Positions 1-7,828 of a stretch of DNA of 20,000 nt are shown here, piece after piece. This DNA comes from Chrysochromulina tobinii (Eukaryota), in the NCBI GenBank assembly GCA_001275005.1, contig JWZX01003352.1, forward strand, positions 48,587 to 68,586. Direction: 5' to 3'. Under the pieces are notes generated by a model that worked only from the letters and a program-made list of their open reading frames with translations, ran no database searches and was not told where the DNA came from. Position numbers and translations under genes: made by a program. Every line of letters begins with the position of its first letter. The first letter of the stretch is position 1.

Positions 1-1
1 A

Positions 2-3000
2 AAGCTCGAGGCACCACTGTGTAACTCGGATGTACGATGCGCCCGGTATCGCTGCGGGCATAGCGCGATGCTCCCGTGCAAGCTCGAGGCGGGGGCAGTC
101 GCAGCGCAGCCGGGCAAGCGCCTTGAGGAGGGCGCGAAAGTGCTGGCGGGCGTGCAGTAGTGCCCGGTTCCAGAGGGTGTGCCAGCGTGCGACGCGCTCG
201 TTACTTTCTGTACCGAATGCGGCCATGAGAAGGACGTGCCGTGTAGCCTCGCGTTTCGATGGGCCGCCGCTCCTGAAGAGGTACCGCCGTGCGATTCGCT
301 TGTCGAAACGTGCAGCCCTCTCTGCGGCCACTCCCTCAGTATGAGGTGCCATGACGCAAAAACGATGCCGGATCTTGCGCAAGCGCTCTGGGCTGCGGAG
401 GCGAAGCCGTGGGGGCAGCAGCCGAAACAGTTCCTGAGGTTCGATGCCGATGATGCGTCAACCGAGACTATTGTCATCGATGAGGACACGCCACAGCCCA
501 CCGGACTCGACTCGCTCACTCCAAGGCAGCGCGGGCTGCTCCTGTGCAACAGTACCATCGCCATCAGCCGTCCGTGCGGGCACCAGCAGCAGGTACCGTG
601 CATGGAGGCGCTCAAGAGGCTAACCACGGGCCAGTGCGAACACTTAGTGAGTGTTGCTTGCGAAGACTGCGGAACAGAATCACTCGAACCATGCCACAGA
701 GCTATTGCAATTGAGTTGGGCACCGTCCAGCACATATGTCAACAGCTGATCACGAAGGTCTGCATGACTTGCTTCATCAACGAGCAGTCCGTTTCTTGCT
801 CTGTGCGCCATACGAGCTGCGCACGCGAGGTGACGGCGCAGCTCGGTTGCGGTCATTCCATCAGCTGGCGCTGCGGCGAAGATGCCGATCCTCGCATCGA
901 TAACAGCCAGGCCTGCTCAGAATGCACGCTCTCACGGTGGATGCTCGAGGACAAGAGCCCGCATCTGACTGTCAGTCTTGACCAGCTGCGCGGTTTTGCC
1001 ATGTCTGCTCTGCACCCGCACCCCACTGTGGAACATAAACCGCTCGAACCATCTTTCAAGCCGCTTCTGAATTGGCACGAGGGCATGAGACGCGCGCAGC
1101 GCAAGATCGTGAGCACATATGTTGACTTGATTCGGGCCAGCATCGAGAATGGTGAGATGTGGGACAGCGATCGAGCAGAGCCACCAGACCTCTCGGATCT
1201 TAAGAGCTACCAACCAGTTTTCTGTCGCTTAAGGGCAGATCGAAAGGATGATGAACAGATTTTGTGTTTCTTTCAGCAGCAAGACACGCGATATGGCACG
1301 GGAGTTCAGATCTTGCCTCTGACAACTGACAATATGAAGGCGTACACCGCCGAGGAGGACCTCTCGCTTCGAATTTGTGTTGGTGTCGCGTTTGGATTCT
1401 CACCTCTCGTTGGCACAGCGCCATTCAAGCAGGCACTAGCACCAGGTTCAAAATCCAAGGTCAAAAAGGGTGCTGCAAACGATAATCTAGTGAAGGCAAA
1501 CAGACACGCGTTCAATGCTCAGCAGCGCGGTTATGATTACGTCATCCCGTCTTCTGGTGACCAGAAAATGGACTCCTCGCGCATCTACTGGCTACCAGGC
1601 TCGGTGATTCCGCTCTCAATTGTGACGATCAGGATTCACCGCTCGTGTGCATCTTGCAAGAAGAGCAACTTTATCAGCACAGACGGCGCTCCTGGCATCG
1701 ACACTGATGAGATGCTTTGTGATTTCTTGTGTCATAGCTGCCGACGTGACTGCTTCGTGTGCGTTAGGAGCTTCGCCGCAGCCGCGGGCCTTGAGTGTCG
1801 TGACAAGCACTTTGTTTGCCGTGCCTGCCTGCAGCGCCACTGCGCGCAACTGTGCTCACAGCCAGATCACTTCGCAGCGCATGCCGGTATCACCTGCCCT
1901 TTCACCACATGTGGCGAGTCGTTTGCGGAGAGCGTCCTCGCGAAATGCGTCGCACAGGCTACGATGGATGAGGTACTTAAGGCAAAGCAAGCAGGGCTTG
2001 AGCGGCAGTTCGAGGCGGTTACAAAGGCGCAGGAAGAACTGTATCGAGATCAGCTGCATCAGGCAGAGCGTCAGAAGGCCGAGGCGGAGAGAGCAGGGGC
2101 CAAGGCCACAAAGGAGCGTGATGAGCTTCGCATCGCCCGCGCCATGCCAGACTACTGGGAGAAGCGAATTGCGACCAGTTCGCTGGATGGCCTCGCCGCG
2201 ATTGCCCTCGACCGCACTGGCCGCGACCGTAGCACTTGGGCCGCACTCGAGCGGCTGCTGCAGACCGACCCAGTGAAGCTGAAACAGAGCGGTGCCGATC
2301 GACGGGCCCCCGTCACGCACGACCGGCTGGAGCTCGCGTGCGCGTGGCGCCTCGAGAACCCGTCGCTGTGGGAAAAGTATATGAGCGGCGTGCAGGGTGT
2401 GATGAACGACATGAAGCGCATCCGGCAGGGGCGAGTGGCATCCGCGGGCGGCGCGCCGCCCCTTACATGCCGCGTAGCGGACGCCTTACCCGGCGACCTG
2501 CGCGTGGACGTCAATGAGGCCTTCCTGATGCACGGCACGAACGCCGGCGTGCTCATCAATATCCTCTCCACGGGCATGAACGAGCGCTTCGCCGGCACGG
2601 CCGCCGGAGCTGCATACGGCGAGGGCTCCTACCTGGCCGAGGACGCGGGCAAGAATGACCAGTACACCAAGGTGGATCAGCAGTACGATGGGAGCTCGGA
2701 GCTGCACAAGCGGCTGTACGCGCATGGCGCGCGCCACCCGGGCATGGTCTTCTACATCCTCGTGTGCCGCGTGGCGCTCGGTCATCAAGTGCGCACGCAG
2801 GAGCATGGGCCGTTAGCAACGAGTTCCGATACGGGTCGACGCGTGTTCCCCATCTCGTTCCGCGAGCTCGATACGGTGGCCGGCGTCTCTCCACCCGTGC
2901 ATCACCACTCGCTGCTTGCCGACGTCATCGGCATTGGCAGGCGCTACCGCGAGTACATCGTCTTCCACTCTGAGTACATCTACCCCGAGTACCTGCTGGC

Positions 3001-3016
3001 CTACCAGCGGTACTAG
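2..3016 (+). CDS. NF-X1/ZNFX1-like Cys/His repeats + RING finger + coiled coil + C-terminal PARP-like ADP-ribosyltransferase domain. Open at the 5' window edge, with an in-frame TAG at 158-160 (possible pseudogene or sequence error).
   Basis: The frame of ORF 179..3016 continues to base 2 (KLEAPLCNSDVRCARYRCGHSAMLPC...VQ*CPVPEGVPAC). It has repeated C-x(n)-CGH-x4/5-C units and a RING-like CFVC...CRDKHFVCRAC...CPFTTC (~1751-1912). PARP motifs: RLENPSLW, FLMHGT (His 2531), YGEGSYLAE, CRVALG, YREYIVF (Glu 2951), YPEYLLAY. Confidence 0.85.
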
Positions 3017-3413
3017 TGCAACCTTGGGCCGATGGCATGAGTGTGGCGAGTGAGTGTGGGCGCGCTAGAGTGACTGTGCAGTGTCTGGAACGCTGATCAT
3101 GACCGCGCGGCGGTATGAGGTATGTGAAGACGATGAAGTTCGACAGTTCTTCTCCCGCGCGGCGCGCCAGGGCCACAACTTAATGTTATTCCATCGCTCC
3201 GCTGAAGCTCGTCACGGCGTCCGTCTAAAGTTGTTCAACATGCAAGCGGCCGCTGAAGCCGTGAAGCGATTCAAAGCCCAAAGCGGCCGCCTCCTTTCAT
3301 TGGTTTGACCTCAACCCTCTATTCGGGCGCACAGCAGCAGCAGCATAACAGCAGCAGCCAAGGCAGTCCATGCGACACGCCGTTAAACAGTCACGCTGCA
3401 CCATTTTACCTTC

Positions 3414-3597
3414 TTTACCCAAGGGGGTATAGGCTAGGGGAGGGATTAATATCTGGATTTGCACCCATTCCTCATTACCCTGATTTCAAACTGTGTGAGT
3501 GATTTACCCAAGGGGGTAGGGGAGGGATTAATAATAAATCTGGATTTGCACCCTCCACCCATTCCTCATTAATATACCCTGATTTCAAACTGAGTGA
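3414..3597. repeat. Two-copy tandem duplication (89 bp + 95 bp, 78-bp shared core)
   Basis: Copy 1 (3414-3502) and copy 2 (3503-3597) both run TTTACCCAAGGGGGT...CCCTGATTTCAAACTG..AGTGA and differ only by five 4-7 nt indels. Confidence 0.95.
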
Positions 3598-3892
3598 CCT
3601 GCTCTTCCATGGAGTTGCCCAGATCAGGCTGTTATCAGGCTGTGCCCAACATCCAATCCGAAGGGATCTCCATGAAAGAGCAGGAGTTTCCCTCCACCAG
3701 CCCACTTCGAGTGGCTAACGAGTGGCGCGTGGCAGCGTAAACCGTAATACCGCAAGATCCAAGAACCGGATCGTGTGTACTTGTAAATCGTACTTGTATA
3801 TCGTTTTGTTGTGTAGAGCGGTCGACCCGGACTACGTCCATGTATGCATGCAACCTCCTGGAATTCCCCCAGCTCCTGCCCTCCTCCCTCGA

Positions 3893-5248
3893 TCAATCCT
3901 CATCCTCCTCATCCTCCTCGCCGTCATCGGACGCGATCGCGAGGTTCGCGTAATTGCCCGCCGGGTAGATGACCTTGGCGACCACCTCCCACTCTATTCG
4001 GAAGACTGCCCAGACGTGGCGGCGAAGGATCTCGATGACCTCAAAGAAGAGCATGCCGAGCCCGCGCCCGGGCACCCCGCCAAAGACAGAGAGCGCCCAC
4101 GCGAAGCGCAACACCAGGTCGAAGACGCATAGGAGGATGTAGACGCTCTTGGAGCGTGTCACGAGAAGCGGCTCGCGCATGGCGCACACAGCGGCCGGCC
4201 CACCGCAGTACGCGGACCCGGTCTCATCGGGGTACCGGCCGCCGAGGTTGGCGCGCCGGAAGAGCCCCCAGTCCATGTGAACGTCCCAGATCAAGCAATA
4301 CGTCGACTGCACGACCGCACAGAGGATGAAGAGCTGCTCGTGGAATGCGGACGGCTCATGCTTCTTGAGGTAGCCCGCGTAGACGAGCGGGAAGGCGGTC
4401 GAGTACTTGAGGGCGTTCCACAGGTTCTTGACCTCGCGCGTCTCCGAGTACACCCGGAGGCATTGCATCAGGCGCCACCAAAAAGGAAGAGCCAGGAAGA
4501 TTCCGTTCACGGGCGAGTCGGCGCACGACTTGTACGACTGGTGCCAGAGCGTCGTGGTGCGCGCATAGTTGCCCTCGCCGTCCGCATCGCCCAGAAAGAT
4601 GCCCGAGGAGATGCACATGGTGATCTGCAGGTCAGACATCGCCTTGGCCAGCGACGTCAGGTAGTCCGCAACGATCACGTGCCAGAAGGTCACGGGCGCA
4701 AACGGCGCGATCAAGGACTCGAAGAGAGTGCGAAGCAGCGAGAGGCGCGAGTCGCCATAGAAGAGGTTGCACGGGAGCGCGCCGATCAGGAAGAAGGCGA
4801 CATTCAGCGCGCAGTTGGACACCAGCCATGGCCTCCATGTGACGCCCGGCGTCTCGGAGGCCCAAAAGTGTAGCAGATGGGCAGCAAGCAAGAGGCACAG
4901 CAGCTGCAGGGCCGCGTGGTAAGTGGCCCCGGGCATCTGCACCGGACCACCGAGGACATGGTCAACCTCCAGTCGCGCAGCCTGGCACACGCTGATCACC
5001 CAGCCCCAGCCGCCCACCACGAGCACGATGAGCAGCGGCGGCCGCACGGTGGCATTCTTCCAAAAGAGCTTAGAGAGCACGGTGTACAGGCTTGGCGTGT
5101 GGATCTCGTCGTGCAAATTGACAACTAGAAGCGCTAACATTAGCGTCACGAGAAGGATCGCGGTCACTGTGGCGGTGGGGCTCATCGTGATCAAATTTCC
5201 TAAATTGGCTTCTTGCCTCCAGGGAGAGAGGACAGGAGGTGCAGTCAT
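3893..5248 (-). CDS. EXS-family (ERD1/XPR1/SYG1/PHO1) multi-pass membrane protein without SPX domain
   Basis: 451-aa hydrophobic ORF with EXS motifs VTFWHVIVADYLTS, LPFWWRLMQCLR, NALKYS, YCLIWDVHMDWGL, DLVLRFAW and EILRRHVWAVFRIEWE. Start could also be the downstream Met (MSPTAT). Confidence 0.92.
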   Translation of the reverse strand: MTAPPVLSPWRQEANLGNLITMSPTATVTAILLVTLMLALLVVNLHDEIHTPSLYTVLSKLFWKNATVRPPLLIVLVVGGWGWVISVCQAARLEVDHVLGGPVQMPGATYHAALQLLCLLLAAHLLHFWASETPGVTWRPWLVSNCALNVAFFLIGALPCNLFYGDSRLSLLRTLFESLIAPFAPVTFWHVIVADYLTSLAKAMSDLQITMCISSGIFLGDADGEGNYARTTTLWHQSYKSCADSPVNGIFLALPFWWRLMQCLRVYSETREVKNLWNALKYSTAFPLVYAGYLKKHEPSAFHEQLFILCAVVQSTYCLIWDVHMDWGLFRRANLGGRYPDETGSAYCGGPAAVCAMREPLLVTRSKSVYILLCVFDLVLRFAWALSVFGGVPGRGLGMLFFEVIEILRRHVWAVFRIEWEVVAKVIYPAGNYANLAIASDDGEEDEEDED

Positions 5249-5377
5249 GTTTGTCGGGTGTGACTATGGAAGTTCGAACAGACCAGTCTTGGAGATTTCC
5301 GTGCAAAACGCCGTTGCGGCGGCGATCAAGGAGGAACGTGGTCACGGCAATTTCATCACCACACAAAATCCAACTTC

Positions 5378-7264
5378 ATGCCGGCACCGCTTGCAGTGCC
5401 TGCCCCGCTTCCGCAGCCTGTGGCCGAGGACGACAAGAAGACAGACGCTGCGACGGACGCTGCTACGGAGGATGCTACGACGGGGCTTGAGGACCTGACC
5501 CCTGCGGAGCTGGAGTCTGTGTACGTCGTACAGGCAGACGCCGAACAAGACGCCCTCGTTACTGGCTCAGTTGACGAGCCAGTTTCGGGCATCGTCATCT
5601 CGTACATGCTGCAGGACGACATCCGCCAGTCCAAGATGCTCGACAACAAGAACCTCAAGGAGGTGGACGCACTCACAAAGACGATTGACGATCAGGTTCC
5701 CGAGGAGCATATCGAAAACATCACGCTCGAGGAAGTTGAAAAGGTTGACAAGCAGGCAATCGAGGATAAGCTGGATAAAATGATGGAGCTGTACGACAAC
5801 GTGAACCTCATGGAGGCGATGCTTGAGCAGTCGCTGCAGCCCGAGGGTGACGACGCCGTCCCGTATACTCTCGACGAGCTCACTGTGAAAGACGCGGAGG
5901 TCACGGCTGGGATGGAACCGGCGGTCGCGGCGGCTGTGTACACCAAGTACGGCTGCCTTCCGATCGCCGCCGGTGGACCCTTGGCGATCAGGGAGCTCGC
6001 GCAATCGTACATTGCATCGTCCGACATCGACGACTCGTTTTACATCATGGACCTCGGCAACGTCCAGCGCTTGTATGATGCGTGGCACGCGGCGATGCCC
6101 CGCGTCAAGCCGTTCTACGCGATGAAGTGCTCGCCGATGCCCGCCCTGATCGACGTGCTCGCCGCAAACGGCTGCGGCTTTGATTGTGCCTCGGCGGCCG
6201 AGATCCAGCTCGCGCTCGACGCCGGCGTCTCGCCCGACCGCATCATCTTCGCCCACCCGGCCAAGCGGCCGTTTGACATCCGTTTCGCCGCGTCCAAGGG
6301 CGTGACCATGACCACGTTCGACTCCATCATTGAGCTCGACAAGATTGCCAAGTGGCACCCGGACGCGCAGTGCGTCCTCCGCATCCGCGCCGATGACCCC
6401 GAGGCTGGCATCTCGTTTGGCATCAAGTACGGTGCGAACCTCGACGAGTACGAAAACCTCATCTCCCATGCGAGAGACATCGGCCTCGACATGATCGGGG
6501 TCTCGTTCCACGTCGGCTCACTTGCCAAATCGGGCAAGGCCTTCTACCGCGCCATCGAGTGCGCACGCAAGGCCTTCGATGTTGGCACCGCCTGCGGTTT
6601 CCACTTTTCGCTCCTCGACATCGGCGGCGGCTTCACAGGGCGTTTCAACTCATTTGGAATCGTCCAGTCGATGGTCGGCGAGATCCCAGCCTACATTAAC
6701 GAGGCGCTCGAGAAATTTTTCGGGCCGGACACGCCCTACTCCGACCTGAGAGTCATCGCCGAGCCTGGGCGCTACTTTGCCGAAGCGTCGATGCATCTCG
6801 CCTGCCACGTGCACTCCGTGCGCAACCGCCTCGATCGTGCCTCGGATGACGAGCCCGACGTGCTCATCCCGACGTGTGACTACCTCATCTCCGACGGCCT
6901 GTACGGCTCGTTCAACTGCGTCGTGTACGACGGCGCGAAGCCTCGCGCCTGGCTCCTCCCGGGGCCCAACCTGCCCCCGATGGACACCGTGCTGATGCGT
7001 TCTACGGTCTTCGGCCCCACATGCGACTCGATGGACTGCGTCTTCAAGGACGTCATGCTGCCCCAGCTGCGTGTGGGCGACTGGCTCCTCTTCCCGCACT
7101 TTGGAGCGTACACCCTCGCCGGCGCCACCAACTTCAACGGCATCCAGAATGCGAACCCGAGCCTGTTTTACGTCTGCTCTCAGTCCTCGGTGGACGAAGA
7201 GAACGCGGTGGTCATGTGGGCCTGTGAGATGGAGAAGGCGCCCTCGCAGATCGTAGCCACATGA
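5378..7264 (+). CDS. ODC1: Ornithine decarboxylase (fold-type III PLP enzyme) with ~190-aa acidic N-terminal extension
   Basis: Motifs PFYAMKC (PLP lysine), GFDCAS, IIFAHPAK, KYGA, GVSFHVGS, LDIGGGF, IAEPGRYF, DGLYGSFNC, FGPTCDSMD (catalytic Cys) and GAYT...FNG. Confidence 0.95.
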   Translation: MPAPLAVPAPLPQPVAEDDKKTDAATDAATEDATTGLEDLTPAELESVYVVQADAEQDALVTGSVDEPVSGIVISYMLQDDIRQSKMLDNKNLKEVDALTKTIDDQVPEEHIENITLEEVEKVDKQAIEDKLDKMMELYDNVNLMEAMLEQSLQPEGDDAVPYTLDELTVKDAEVTAGMEPAVAAAVYTKYGCLPIAAGGPLAIRELAQSYIASSDIDDSFYIMDLGNVQRLYDAWHAAMPRVKPFYAMKCSPMPALIDVLAANGCGFDCASAAEIQLALDAGVSPDRIIFAHPAKRPFDIRFAASKGVTMTTFDSIIELDKIAKWHPDAQCVLRIRADDPEAGISFGIKYGANLDEYENLISHARDIGLDMIGVSFHVGSLAKSGKAFYRAIECARKAFDVGTACGFHFSLLDIGGGFTGRFNSFGIVQSMVGEIPAYINEALEKFFGPDTPYSDLRVIAEPGRYFAEASMHLACHVHSVRNRLDRASDDEPDVLIPTCDYLISDGLYGSFNCVVYDGAKPRAWLLPGPNLPPMDTVLMRSTVFGPTCDSMDCVFKDVMLPQLRVGDWLLFPHFGAYTLAGATNFNGIQNANPSLFYVCSQSSVDEENAVVMWACEMEKAPSQIVAT

Positions 7265-7828
7265 CATCGCTCTCGCGCGTGCATCCTCCTTCGCCGAAAG
7301 ACTCGTTGCTCTCGCAAGTGTGCGCGGAAGGGTTTGGCGAAGACATGTGGAGGCTGGGTGAGCGCACCATGTTGAACCACCGCACTTTGGGTCCGCGGTG
7401 CCGCGTATGCCGTATCCGCGTATGAACCGACGACCGCACGGTGGGCGGCTGTAAAGGGCCACAGCCGAATGACTCAGTGGTACAAGTGGAGCGTACTGTA
7501 TAAGTGTGCTCGGGTGTAGGCTGAAGTAGGCTGTAACGGATAGGCCGGGTTCGGTTGGGCTCGGGGTCGGATCTTGTGTACCTGTACACGACGTGGAGTC
7601 CCTGGGGAGGGGGATCTTCGGAACTCGATGGCCGGTGTTCGTGTTGGCGGTCCCAACATGTTCCGCACCGTCAAACCGCGATCCCGATGACGATTTTCCG
7701 AGTAATATGGCGTTTTAAAACTGTCGATAATACTGTCGAGTAGGGCGCGAGAGAAGCGAGAAGGGAGCGCCTTCGCGTTGATGTGCGGCCCGCCCTCTCG
7801 CGTCGCGCGACCGGTTATTCCGTGAGCG

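Noticed and set aside
158..160. Stop-codon reassignment or pyrrolysine
   Set aside because: TAG terminates other genes in the window and only one internal instance is seen.
3081..3502. Short ORFs downstream of the PARP gene
   Set aside because: Non-ATG starts, no motifs, and they lie in repeat-rich intergenic DNA.
4923..5498. ORF overlapping the ODC start as a polyamine-responsive uORF or antizyme-like frameshift
   Set aside because: Mostly antisense to the EXS gene. No PPW-type ending or antizyme frameshift site recognised.
5567..7462. Long antisense and alternate-frame ORFs over ODC, and similar ones over the EXS, EF-hand and ATPase genes
   Set aside because: Expected shadows of GC3-rich coding sequence, with no motifs.
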